Notes under the pieces: generated by a model
The model's database searches: none
The model's input: the letters and a program-made list of their open reading frames with translations, nothing else
What the model was told of the DNA's origin: nothing
NCBI GenBank assembly: GCA_903813345.2
Contig: CAIIXF020000001.1
Span: forward strand, 30,566,001-30,630,000
Direction: 5' to 3'
Source: Owenia fusiformis
Lineage: Eukaryota
DNA length: 64,000 nt
Shown: positions 37,001 to 49,479 of the stretch, piece by piece
How the letters are laid out: every line of letters starts with the position of its first letter
How positions within the stretch are numbered: position 1 is the first letter of the stretch
Program-made: the position numbers and the translations under genes

Positions 37001-40000
37001 ACAAATGTTATACATGGAAGAAGATACCAAACTGAGAAGAAATTTGCTATTATTGAAGAGGTGGGAATAACTTCCCATTGTACCATTGTCATGTTGGGAT
37101 AACAAAATTCAAAACTAGCAGCCCCATTTTCCACTTTAGCACTTGAATCGTGTGTGTCATAAGTGTGTCATAAGTGTGCCATGCTTATGATTATTCACAT
37201 ATCAAATATGAACAAAATCGGTTCACTACTTTTCCAGTGACAGCTGGCCATTAAGTTGTCATGGGGCATATACATTTAATATTAATGATATTGTTCCAGT
37301 ATTTTAAGCTAATCATGGGCTTTCAATAGATTAAGGAATCATTTTTCATTGTAAAGGATAACTGACCTGTTGCAGCTCTTGTATACGTGTGTCGGATGAT
37401 GACTCAGAAATTGGCATTACAGATGCTGACATCACAGATCCTGACATCATAGAAGCTGACATCACAGCTCCTGACATTGAGGTCTGTGGTATACCTGTGG
37501 CTTCATCTTTCATCTTGGAGTTGCCTTGACCAGCTATAAGAACAATGAGATATTTGTGAGATTAGATGGCTTGTAAGTGGTGCCTATTTTGTGCTTTTGC
37601 CCTACTGTATATTTGAATATGTAACGTAACATACAGTCAAACATTCTAAATATAAACATGTACAAAAAAGCTAAACACTGGACTTAAATAATTATTGTAT
37701 TTTTTATAAATGGATACATCAACTTACATTTCAGCTGTGTAAGCTCATATGTTGCTTCATTAAGCTTTTTCTGTAACTCCTCAACTGCCTTCACCTTTTC
37801 AGCATTTACTTTGGCAATAGCTTCATTGAATGCTACTTGTTTCTCAGCGACGGAACTAGATTTCATTGAATTGAGAGTGTCTTGTTTATCTTTCTCCATG
37901 GTTTCAACTAGATGGTCTATATCCTTTTTGTGTTCAGCTTTCAACTCATCAATGGCCTACAATTCAATTTAATATTATTAAAATTTTCTTGTGAATGAAT
38001 GGGTATCAGCTAATAGAAGTCAGGGAATATAGTACATGTACATAACAAAACTGTATCATAGCCTCCTATAATTGCATAATTACATGTCAAAGTGTATTTA
38101 CATTTCAAAAATTTCAATATTTTCTTGATATTTTGTTAACTCTAAGCAGTCTGTCATCAAGCATACTTAGTACTACAAAATTGGCCTTAACTATTTAATT
38201 CCTTTGTGCCTGCAATTGTGTACCTTTATAATCTTCCAAAACAAATACTAAACATGGCAGAGGACAGGTTCTAAAGAGCAACAATCCATACTGCTAAGAG
38301 TGATATAAAAAGTCATATCAAAAGTTGAATTATTGCTAGTTCTGGATCAACTCACCTGAGACACTGCAAGGGCTTTTTCAGTTTCAAACTGTCTCATGGC
38401 GAACTTTTCATCAGTTTCAGAACTAGTGGCAGTTTCTTTGTCTTCAAAGTCCTTCACTTGTCTACTTTTCAATTCCTCTAGTTCCACTTGCAATTCTTTC
38501 AACTCATCTTTAACTTTAGCTAATTCACTTTCTTTTTCTTTCAATAAATTTTCTTTTATCTCCTCAATTTCATTTTGATGATTTAATTCAAGTTCCTTTA
38601 CTAATGTTTCTGTTTGTTTTTTATATTCCTCAGATAATGTCTCTTGTTGTTTAGACAGAGCTTCTTCACATTCTTTATTAAGCAATGTTGTAAGGTTACT
38701 GCACTTAGACTCTATATCAGCATTATGTTTGGCAACTATGGATTGAAGTTCATCTTCATGAGCTTTATGCATTGATGATCTAGTTTCTTCTAAAACCCTT
38801 TCAAGTTTTGTATTATGCTCTGAGTTTAAATTTGATATTATGTCTTCTTTTTCTGTTTTGAATTTATCTTCCAACTCAGATTTTATATTTTCATTTTCTT
38901 TTTTCATTTCCTCAACTTTTTCCTGGCTCTCTTTCAAATCATCAGTGAGATGCTTCAAGTCATTGTCTTTTATTTCTAAATCCCTGGTGAAATCAGTTCT
39001 TATTTTGTCAAGATCTATTTCGTGTTCTAGAGTTAATTTTTGACTGAGTTCATCAAGTTCAGTCTTGTATTTTTTTGCCAATTCTTTTATTTCATCTTCC
39101 TTTTCAACAACAATATTTTCAAATTTTTCATTGAGTTCATTTAATTTTTCATGATAGCTTTGTAACTCTCTTTCAGTGTCTTCAAGTTTTCCAGATTTTA
39201 AATCAAGATCATTTGTTATCTTTTGTAATTCAGATTTGTGTTGGGCTTGCACATCCTCTAAGGTTTTCCTGCGTAGCTCAGCCTCTCTAGCTTCCACATT
39301 GGTGATAGCTTGAATAATCTGAGTTGAAGTGTGCTCCATGAATGTATTAAAATCATCTGTGTCTTTTTGAAGCTGTTTTTCTATGCTAAGTACATCACAA
39401 TGTAGCTTCAATGAACTTTTCTCTGATAGATCATGCAGGAGTCTCAACTTTTCCTCAACCTGTTCTAGCTTTTGCCTCATCTCTAAAATTTCCTTTTCAG
39501 CAGCTTCAACTTGGCTACTCTTCTCCTGTACTGCTTTTTGCAACTCTGCAACTCGACGGCTATTACTTTCCGTCATGGAAGAAGGCATTGACTCATCAAT
39601 ATAAAAATCTGCAGTTTGAAAATCTTGTCCAAGGGATTCAACATCAGGAGATTGTTCATTAGGGCTTTTTTGCTTGATTATTTTAGCTTTATCTTTAGTG
39701 CTTTCTACAGCTGGTTTATCTACATGCTCAAATGCAGTGGTCATATATTGCTCATCATCTGTCTGTGGGGACGCCGCTAGTTCAGTACTGTGTACATTAA
39801 TGTCTAGACTTTTCAGCTCTTCAATGGGAGAATTTGCAATAAGGTCCTGAGCTATAAGGATAGATGACCCGGGATCTGCAAGAACCTCAACACTTTTAGA
39901 ACCCTTATGTTCTGAAGTTAGTATTGTGAAATCACTAGAAACTGGTTGGTTTTGGTCTGATGTTAATTGGACGTGAGCATCATCTATTTGTTTAGTTGTT

Positions 40001-43000
40001 ATTGTACTTGTAGCTATTGCACTATTTTCAATGGCTTCGAAGTCATCTTGGTCACCATGTAGGACAATAATGTCTGATTTCATGTTGTCCATATCTAAGC
40101 AGAAGTCAGCTTGGTCAGATGGATCTTTGTATGTCTCAAACAGCTTCTTGTAGTTAGTGTCTGTGTCTCCATTTTCACTGAAATATAGAGCAAATTCTAT
40201 TTTTCTTCCAACCTATTTACAAAATATGATACAATGTAACGGCATTAAGAGGAACCCAGACAAAAAGCAGCAATATTGCAGCAGCATTATTTGGTCAAAT
40301 CTCTTTAAGGAATCTCTAAAAATATATTTCTGATAAATAAACATCAAGTTTTCTAAATATGTTCACTTTTGAGAGTACCAGCTAATATTGAGGTTGACTT
40401 TATTGGTTTTACTACATGTAGTGTAGTTGTATTTGCCAATTCTTTAGTATCAACACACATAGCTGTGATTACTAACCTCAGGCTGTCTGCAAACTCAGGC
40501 ACTTTCTCTTTCAGATATGTTATGTCATCCTGTGTGATATTGGGCAGATGGTGGTCAAATGGTTCTGGGGTAATAGACTGAAATTACATGTAACAAGATC
40601 ATAGTGCAACAGATAGTATAAGAGGGACAATACGAAAAAAAAGGAAAGAAAACACCAACAAACAAGTTCAAAACAAAGAACAAATCAACAGAACCGTAGG
40701 CTTTTTAATAATAACATTTACATTCTGTTATTATAACACAATTATATCTGTGTGTTTCTAGTATTTCGCAAGGCTAGGAAACTTGGGGTCTTACTGATTT
40801 TCTGAGATAATTCTGTTTATTAATTAGAAGACACAGCTTTCACCCTTTCATAAGGAAATTAATAATTGAAAATAGGACAAGAGAATTGCTTGTGATTTTA
40901 AACTTACTGCATATTGTGGTGGGGAATCCTCTATACCAGGAAACAATGACTGAAGGAAATGGTGCTTTAAGTATTGGCCAAATTTTTGTCTCCTGCCAAC
41001 CTCCTCAAGGTAAACTTCATTAGCACCTTTAGATAGCCTCTTGGCCCACTGGAAACATTTATGAACAAAACCAGTATAGGGGAAAATGTGCACAACTGTG
41101 ATAAAAAGTACATTTATCAATTTCATTCTGAGAAGGGCTTAAATGATGGGTTTTAAAAGAATGGAAAACAATGAACATTGTGTTTCATGCAGCATAGTTC
41201 TCTGAAGGTTTCATCTAAGAAGTTTCAGCCAACTAAGAGAATTCACATAACATCACCACTATGGAGTCAAGAAAACTAATGTTGATCGCAAAAAACAGTA
41301 TCATACCTCTAAAAAATTTGTTGAGAACCACTTTCTCCTGACTACTTCCTTCACTGCAGATACATACACATTTGGTGCATCATGCATTTGTTTGATGATC
41401 TCTAGCTTGCGTCTAGTTTTCTTCAGGTTCTCATGATGGATCACTAGTTTATTGTCAATATCACACACCTGCTTCTCCACATACATGATCCACCTGTGTT
41501 ATAATTAATAATAATAAAAGACAATTAAATAGACTAGATACAAGCAAGAATAATCTTGATTTTCATTCTTAAATATTCAAAATTTGATTAACTATAAGAT
41601 AGTCAGATATTTCCAAATAGAGGCAATGTAAAAATCATGAAAAGTAAAATATCCTTTCTTGTATTGAACAGATACTTTATTTTATGTGATTTTCTTTAAC
41701 TGGATACATTTTAAATGGCTATATCATTTGTAAGAATATTTTAATCACACTTCAGATTCAAAAATATTTTTCTCCAAGAACTAATGTTCACTGTATTTTC
41801 AAAATATCTAATATCTTCAAGCTCTACCTCAGCCTTTTATGCAGGTTGCCGGAGAGTTCCTCCTTGGCTAAAGAACACCTGCGTCGTATATCTTTCAACT
41901 GTTGGTGGTTTTTTAACATTACTGTCAGCTGTTTCTTGTGACTCTCACATAAATCAGGTAGAACTGAGGTATCCCTGAGATTGCTGGCTCTGTTCTGGTT
42001 CTGTACAAATCCCTGTATGAGGAATAGGAGAATGGGTATTATGCTTTTTTTCAAATACAGCTAAACTTGTTTTAAGTTGTATGTAGTAGACCTCTATAAA
42101 CATATATAAATAAAATGAAGGACCCACGGTCCTGTGCTCACACAGTTTGAAACCTTCAGAGGAATGTATATCCTGACTTTCAAACAAAAATATTGATTTG
42201 GATTTGTAGTCATCGAACCTTGAGAAACTTAGATAGCATAATTGTGTGACCTAGTTTGATGAGCTTTGACCTTGAAAATTTTACTAATTCAGAGCTCAGT
42301 AAGGTTTTTTTGTGATTAAGCTGACCAAAATTTACATCCAAAAATCAATTTGAAAAATCAACTTTTTTGACCTTTCGAAGGTCACTGAAGATCAAGTAAA
42401 GGTCAAATCCTAAAACTAATGTCAGATTTGAGCTCCTGGCAACTTGTAGATGATTTTCAAAAAAAATTTGGTCAAATTGAAGCAAGTTGAAACATAACTT
42501 ATCTTTACTGTTTTTTGACGTCAAATATCTCAAAAACGGTAAAAATTTGATGCTGACATATATTGAGCAATATGTAGGGAATGCTTAAATCTAGTAATGA
42601 TGTAATTTATTGCAGGAAATGATCAAGTATAAGGCAAACTTTAAGAAACTTGTCAATCACAAAACCTGCCACTGACTTTATACATGAGAAAGTTTCCTGA
42701 AAATGACCAAGTCCTACTTTTTGTCAAATTTTAAAGAGTAAACACCAAAAACCGTAATTCCAAGAGCCTTGAAATCTCCAGAGGACATAAGTTGCATATA
42801 CAGCAATCCCTAAAAGTTATTTGAAAGTTCTACTTCAACAAAGTGTCTAGTATTTACAGAAAATTTGACTTTTTGACGTCAAAATCCGCAATTTCTCGGA
42901 AACCGGGCGAACTTGGGAAATGGCGATGATAGGTCAAATAGGCATTATGGATATGCATAAAATGAATGTGGATATGACTCAATCCGAATAGCAGTTTTAA

Positions 43001-46000
43001 TTTGTGCGGCCAATGTTGACGGACGGACGGACGGACAGACGGACGGACGGACGGACCAACGGATGGACGGACGCCTGGTCAATCCCATAGGCTCACTGTG
43101 TGAGCCAAAAACAAGGCATTAACATGACAAAATGTCATCACTAGGTTCCAATTACAAACCAGCTGTTGAATGCTGAAGCTAATTCCAGTTGCAAAGAAAT
43201 GACTATAACAATATGCCACCACTTTCTTTCAAATTATGGGAACTAAATGGAAGTGACCTAACTTCGCTAAGGTGGGTTTAAGTTCAACTGTAATAACAGT
43301 TCTCTACTGACTCTGAAATAAGATGACAAAAACTTCGAAATATGAATTTCTTTTCACGAAATCGGGAAGAAATGTTGCAAATATAGCAGCAGCTTTGTCA
43401 AATGTACATTATTTCAGAAGAGCACTTAACTTAAGCACTGGTTTGTTATGTTGTGTATTTTATGATGATTGAGATGAAGACTGGTCAACTGGTGACTTTT
43501 AAAAGTAAACTGATTCAACTGGCTCATACCAAAGTAACTGGCTCCAGGCCACTGGCCCTAGGATTATGATGGATTCTGAATGAAATTCAAGAATTCACTG
43601 GAAATATTGTAGATAATGGCCCATTTTGATCAAATGATGTACCAAAATTGAACTACAGACAAGTTGATATGTTGGATCTCATATCAATCACTCACACGAA
43701 AGAACAAGAAAGTGAGACGCCGCCCGCCAAACGCCTGTCAAGCTGACAACAATATTGTACCTTTTCTAAGGTACGATAAAAAGAGTTTTATGAAATCTGA
43801 AATACCTGAGCCATTTCCCCTTGCTCTTTCACCACCTTTCTTGCACCAAACATTAGCTGCTCTAGACCAAACAGTCTATCCTCCAGACCTTTAACCTCCT
43901 TCATATTGGGATTATTTATTGCATCTATAAGCTGTGTGATGTCTGTCATAAGTTGTTCATGGGCCTGGCTGTCTAAGAGGTCGATGTCCTTCATACATTG
44001 TTCATACATCTGTTCAAGGTTACTTTTCTTGTCCTGCAGAATTTAACAAAATGATTAACATTTTTCGTATTGTCCACCTTAAGTTAAAATTCAAAAAAAG
44101 TTTACTTTGACTTTGAGAGAGTTTGTGCAGTAGGCTGATGAATTAAAATGCCAATGCCAACTATCTTTGTGGTCTGCTGACTTCGACACATGTCACTGAA
44201 ATGTGGCAGACACCATGCACAAATGCACTGAAATGATTTAAAACTGCCTTGGAGTGAGGCTTGCTATATGTCACCAATTTATCTGTAAAATATATTAAGA
44301 AATAAACGTTGGGCAGGACACAGTAACAGGGTAGAACTTTTTATAAATATTTTACTCATTACATTTTAAATTTCTTAGAATGTTTTCTTTTACAACTGAC
44401 AATCATTCTTTTTTATTTTTGATGAATGTATGTTTTTTACCTGTGCACTGACCCACTCCAGCAGTGTCTGTGGCAAACATGGGGTTTCTAGATCCCCATC
44501 AGCTTCCACAGCTGAGCTCTCATTGGTCAGACAAGACAGTAAGGGCACCTTGGAGAGCAGCACCAAGTCATTGTGGAAGCTGGAAAACATCAGAAAAACA
44601 GATTTTTAATGACAGAATAAAACTTTAAATCAAACATAGCAAGACAGACTTAAGCCTTACCCTGCGTGCAGAGTCTTGTTATAAACTACCCTCTGCCTAG
44701 TACAGACTATATTACAGTTTTGCAGCTCCACCCCAAAGATTGGTGCCTGTGACAGCCCAGGTAATAAATCATTGCAAATCTACCACGCTGACCCTTTCTC
44801 AACCAGTCAGCGAAGTGGAAGGAACACGTGCTAAACACGTGCTCATTAATTATGCAGTGATGTCCGAGGAAATGACCATATAGAAAGTCGTCTGTATTTC
44901 GACAAAGAACTCTGATTAGCTTGGTGAGATCAGATATTTATTGTAAACAGAAAGAGTAAAGACCTAAAGGTCTGGAGGATAGACTGTTTGGTCTAGAGTC
45001 ACATAATTTAATTTTTTTAGTAATGAAGAACTACAGTTACAATCAAATACCATTGGCTTTCTTGAAAGCCCAAGTTAACACATTGAAAAATAACCTACCT
45101 TGAAAGTATGTCCTTGTAGTGTTGCCTTTGTTTGAGGTAGTCGTTGAAGTTACGATCAAATATTTCTGATCTGGTCTTAAATGCACTGCAATCATAAAGG
45201 TCACATGGTGTATGTGCTTTTTGTAACTTATACATGAGAGAAATGAAAATATTGAGAGCAAGTCTTAATAAATGTAACATTGTTTTTTAAATGTTTTTCA
45301 AAATATATTTGAGAGGAACAATATAAATTTCTTGAATTTAAAAAAGATAGTTCTCAACTCTTAACATAACAAACACAAAAACTGAAGCATTACCTAGCTA
45401 TATCTTCAAGGTTTGCTACAACAGCTGCCCAACCCTGATGTTGCAGATGTTGGTCATGAACCAAATGTTCACAAGTACGCATCTCATCTTTTGCTACATC
45501 ATTGAATTGCTGAAATGATGAAAATTGATAAATTAATTTCCTTTCCAAAATACTACAAGTACAATAAAACCAAAGTGATATTGTTGAAGTGACTTGCTGA
45601 AAGCATTCACATATGGTGACATAATGGTTCTGCTAACACAGGAGTCACTGATCAAAGGAGGGATAGCAAAAATATTCACATCTTTAGCATGTCAAGGTAA
45701 ACTTATTCACATAAGTTTTCTAGTATATGGGTATATAAAATGAAGTTTTTTCCTTAAAACATCTTATTTTTCACTTCTGTTAAATGAAAGTAATGAAACT
45801 TACTGGCAATGAATATATAACATGAATTTTCTTGATTTTTATAGAAATCTTACCAGCGCTAACTGTGCCCTAGCTACAACTGTGCCATATGTCGGAGGAA
45901 GGTGGTGGGATCCTTCAACTTGGTCGTGTAAGTCAGCATCTACAGCAAAAAAGTATACTTAACTAAAATACAATTAATCATAATTCCAAATGTCTGACAA

Positions 46001-46620
46001 TTTTCATCACATGAATTATGTAGCATACATTTGTTCCATAATTGGGAGATCACTGGTATATGAATTCATTCATTTTCCATAAAAAGTTACTCCACTGACC
46101 TGATCCATAGTTAATGCTGGGAGATGGAGGAGTAGCAGCTTCTATGGTGCTTTTACTAAACAAGAAGATAGGATTGGTATCTGTCCCTGAGCTGTAACTA
46201 CACACCCTGGCCCCGACATCTAGGTTCTCACCCCCACTGATCAACAACACCTGTTTGTCCTCTGTAATGTGGTACTGACTGGCTATCTCATGCATCAGCT
46301 TTGACACACTGTGAGGTGTAAGATGTAATAAAAGACATTTTAAATAGTCTGGGTGTCATTGAGCAGTATGTAGAGAAATCATATCTTGTATATATCGATT
46401 ATATCTGTGCTTAAAGTATACATTTGTGAAACATATTGAAATCATATTCAGATTCAGTCTCTTTCTGGGCATTCATAGTTTTGCCACTTAATATTAACTT
46501 AGTATCAACTTATGATGCCAGTTGATATTTACTTCAGTTGCATTTTACTTACCTTTCCATAGCAAGATTCATGTCAAAGGTGAGCATGGTGCCTGTGTCA
46601 ACCAAGAACACATACAACAT
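31006..46620 (-). CDS. RB1CC1: RB1-inducible coiled-coil protein 1 (FIP200, Atg11/Atg17-like), 1387 aa; complement(join(31006..31092,33251..33321,34041..34168,34292..34356,35369..35416,37367..37533,37728..37956,38356..40177,40477..40577,40908..41048,41307..41493,41828..42012,43806..44033,44441..44579,45099..45185,45394..45509,45854..45939,46100..46308,46553..46620))
   Basis: N-terminus MLYVFLVDTGTMLTFDMNLAME in GCCGCCACAATG context; motifs VCSYSSGTDTNPIFLF, LVHDQHLQHQGWAAVVANLED, MKEVKGLEDRL, SVLPDLCESHKKQL; long coiled coil in an 1822-bp exon; C-terminal Claw/Atg11 domain GDIVLLCLDERHDHYVVF...HFLHSE...WVLGEIVDKEYCQAKKAQNRFKVPMGTKFYRVKAKPW. 19 exons, all GT-AG, phases consistent, total 4164 nt. 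An acceptor at 46685-46686 implies an upstream non-coding exon (not located). Confidence 0.96.
31326..31407. mobile_element. 82-bp G-rich MITE with 5-bp TSD in the last RB1CC1 intron
   Basis: CACCAGCGGATCTAG ... CTGGATCCGCCCCTG imperfect TIR; AATGA on both flanks (31321-31325, 31408-31412). Confidence 0.75.
32533..32712. mobile_element. G-rich MITE (CGTAGCCAG core TIR) in the last RB1CC1 intron
   Basis: CAAACACGTAGCCAG ... CTGGCTACGCCTCTG; flanks TAATT/TAATG (4/5 TSD match); internal poly-G/poly-C. Confidence 0.7.
35104..35164. mobile_element. 61-bp internally deleted mariner-type mini-element
   Basis: TA|CGAGGGTTGTCCCAGAAGT joined directly to ATTAAAGAAAGTTAGAGCAT (identical to 298-317) and a shortened ACTTCTCG|TA end. 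Confidence 0.6.
35745..35935. repeat. Degenerate CpG-rich short tandem array (CGAGGCCTGTACGAGCTCGTA-like)
   Basis: Recurrent GAGCCTCGTACGAG / CGAGGCC / GCTCGTA words in an RB1CC1 intron; probably internal to a larger transposon remnant. Confidence 0.6.
42108..43111 (-). mobile_element. Helentron-associated non-autonomous element (HINE/DINE-1-like) in an RB1CC1 intron
   Basis: 11-bp subterminal inverted repeats GCTCACACAGT (42136-42146)/ACTGTGTGAGC (43095-43105), 5' GGCTCAC..GTGAGCC stem, (GGAC)n microsatellite ~43018-43072, 3' hairpin AGGACC-CAC-GGTCCT (42119-42133), A/T runs at both ends. Confidence 0.8.
44658..44964 (+). mobile_element. Truncated copy of the 27870-28158 element in RB1CC1 intron 5
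   Basis: TACCCTGCGTGCAGAGTCTTGTTATAAACTACCCTCTGCCTAGTACAGACTATATTACAGTTT aligns to the reverse complement of 28158 leftwards; homology stops at ...GAAAGAGTAAAGAC (~44963). Confidence 0.75.
44965..44998. repeat. Perfect 34-bp inverted copy of RB1CC1 coding exon 7 sequence (43860-43893)
   Basis: TAAAGGTCTGGAGGATAGACTGTTTGGTCTAGAG is the exact reverse complement of CTCTAGACCAAACAGTCTATCCTCCAGACCTTTA. Confidence 0.95.
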
Positions 46621-47813
46621 TGTGGCGGCTTGTGCTTTTGCCTCTTCACTTCAATATGATCAGTGCTCCTGATCTAAACCATAGCTAAAAGAAAAGATAG
46701 TCAAGCTAAATTCACTGTTAAATCTACTGTTTACTTTTATGTCAGAATTTTTATCATTTAAATTAATACTTGATAATCTACATTCTGATTAAACCATCTC
46801 CACTTATTTTCAAATAATATACACAATTATTCTTGAAGCATCAGAGCAGATCAGCTATAGTACTTTTGAACTGAACAATAGACCCGTAAAACAAGGTTTA
46901 CTCTGATATATGGGTTTAATCTGATATATGACACTATGGGTATTGTGTTTTTGACACCCTATAGAAACAAAATTACGGTCACTCATGAGCAATAGTCAGC
47001 GGCACAATGAACATTGTGTATTGTATTGTAGAGTGATTTTGCCTTTAGTAGCACTGTTTTTTCAATTGTGGATTCAACTACACGAAAAGAATGCTAAAAT
47101 ACCCAGGAATCTATTGAAATAGGTATCTTAAGTGTAAGAGGCGTAGAAAAATTCTCCAATGTTGTAATCGTACAGGCAAAAGATTGAGACGTTCTCAGGA
47201 CTACAGTAAAATTCTAAATGTTTGGAACTACTTTGAATTTAAAAAATAAGCAATCAAAGGACCATATTGAAACAGTATATGTAAAAATAGAAACATGTAT
47301 ACATGACCTAACTTTTGTATATTTTAGTTTGTTTTGTAGTTTAACTATCATATCTGTGGCCTCTTATATTTTGATGCTTCTCTGCCATGTTATTTTTGGA
47401 AAAATTAACATGGCTGAAACTCCCAGGCCACAGCTTTACTGCACATTATATATAACTATATTGTGTCTGTTCGTCCGAGTGTCTTGGATTGTAAAATCAA
47501 ACTATTAGCGAAACGAAATTGTTGTCAAATAGATTGATAATTATTATCTGATACAATTTGCAATTTCGATGTTACCGGAACTGACCGACATTTTCGTTAT
47601 ATTCCAAACCTGTCTCTAATATTTTCATAATTATGCATCAGTAGGGACTAAGGGGGATACAGGATGGTGTGTTTGTATTCATAAGGTATGTATGCATGCT
47701 TGAATCACATTCTTTATGTAATATTACCATGTTTTCAGGGTTTAATTAGTTCCGCTTGTCGAAACCTGCGGAACGATTAAATTAACGCATCAAAGGCAAA
47801 ATGATCATGGAGG

Positions 47814-47874
47814 TTAGACCTAGCCTGGGCCATAAGACATGTCAGATAAGAAACGAAGCCCAGGCTAGGTCTAA
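47814..47874. repeat. 17-bp perfect inverted repeat with 27-bp spacer (mini-MITE/hairpin) between RB1CC1 and NDUFB5 5' ends
   Basis: TTAGACCTAGCCTGGGC (47814-47830) / GCCCAGGCTAGGTCTAA (47858-47874). Confidence 0.85.
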
Positions 47875-49479
47875 TGTTGTTGGACTAGGCACGGGATAAC
47901 ATTGATGCACCTACACTCTAGCTAGGCATGGATACTTGTCATTGTGGAAAATAGGGCAACATGTTATAATGGCCACCTTTGGGAATATTTTCTATAGTCT
48001 CCAACCATATCTAAAGGAAATATAAAGCTAAATGTGTTGCTCACTAGAATACACAATTGAATAAAGAACAATGAACAAGAAATCATTTTAAAAAAATGAA
48101 GGCTCGTGTGAAGGAGATGTTTGCAGTGTTGTAATGAATTGTATTGATAAATAGGGATGCTTACTTTTAACGCGGTTGTAATTTACCGAACGGCAAAAGT
48201 AGAAAAAACTGAACATTTTGAACTGATTAAGATCTTTAAATTGTGAAGGTCTGAGTACCTGGACCTCTTAGAAAACATCCAAATATATCAAAAAGTGAAG
48301 ATGGGTCAATTTGATTCTCGTTCTCCAAAGATATTAATTAAAAAGTTAAATGTCCGGAGTTTTTTTAATGCTGTTAATTGTTCACAATTCAAAATCAAGA
48401 AGTCGCTCGTATTTCTGTCGTATTTAGGAAATCATGTTGCGGAAAATCAGTGCACAGTGTTCATGGTGTTGTTGTAAAATGTGCGTATAAGTCGTTTGAA
48501 ACCCTCTCTAACGCATTATAAACTAACACCTTAGGGTTAAACTTTAGCTCGAGGAATTAACTCATTTTCATCAATAAATATTAACCCATCACGTTTTCTA
48601 CTAGTAAACTAACGTTTAAACCTCAGCCCATTGTCGTTATAACTTACTACTAAACCCAAGTGAGATATGGCTCTTGCCTCAGCACGAGCATAAGTGTAAA
48701 TATATTGAGATGGTACAGCTGTATAACTATCCGTGTTCACCATGTCCATTCATAAGTGTGGCCAATGTATTATTACCCTCTACCAAATAATTAATAAATG
48801 TTTTAATGCACAGAATTCCATATCATATTACCAAAATAACCGAATTACGTCACTGTGATTCAACAAAAAAGAACCAAAAATCAAAATACAAAACATTTCA
48901 ATAAAATGGCTCATGCTACACCCACCTGATGGTATTACTCTATTGGTTGGGTCATATCATTGCTATGTTTCATGCCTCAAAGAATGAATAGTATTCTTAT
49001 TCTAATTATCCTCTAGAGTGGGATTTGTTGAGCGTATTTGTCTTTGTTATGATATTTTTCAAAAATTTTCAAACGCCATATTTATGAAATACACATTCTA
49101 TTTTGTTTTCTATAGAAACACAATTTCTTTAGTTATGCGAATTATATGAAACATACTTTCTAAGTTATATATTATGATTTATCCTTATATGCTAGAATAC
49201 AAGCCAATCATTCATAGTTTACAGTAATTAATCTCAACTAAGTTTATTTGGAATGTGTTCATCTCATGGGGACAAATCATTCTCATCAAATTTCTGAGAG
49301 CATAACCAAATGATTTAAGTCTACTAAAGCAATATTTATTATGAGCTCTCGATCGTTTATCCTCGTGTATATTGAAAATCTTCAATAATTTGTTTTAAAG
49401 TGATTGTTGATTTTAACTGAAAGAAATTCAAGTTTCATTTGCAATAATTTGAAATTGACAGGTTCTCTCCTCAAACAAA

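Noticed and set aside
38347..40092. 581-aa ORF as a stand-alone coiled-coil gene
   Set aside because: It is the internal 1822-bp exon of RB1CC1, bounded by an AG acceptor (40178-40179) and GT donor (38354-38355) in correct phase.
40355..40476. Open reading-through of the RB1CC1 exon 11 donor (~40 codons)
   Set aside because: Ends in TAG with no phase-compatible alternative donor; likely chance.
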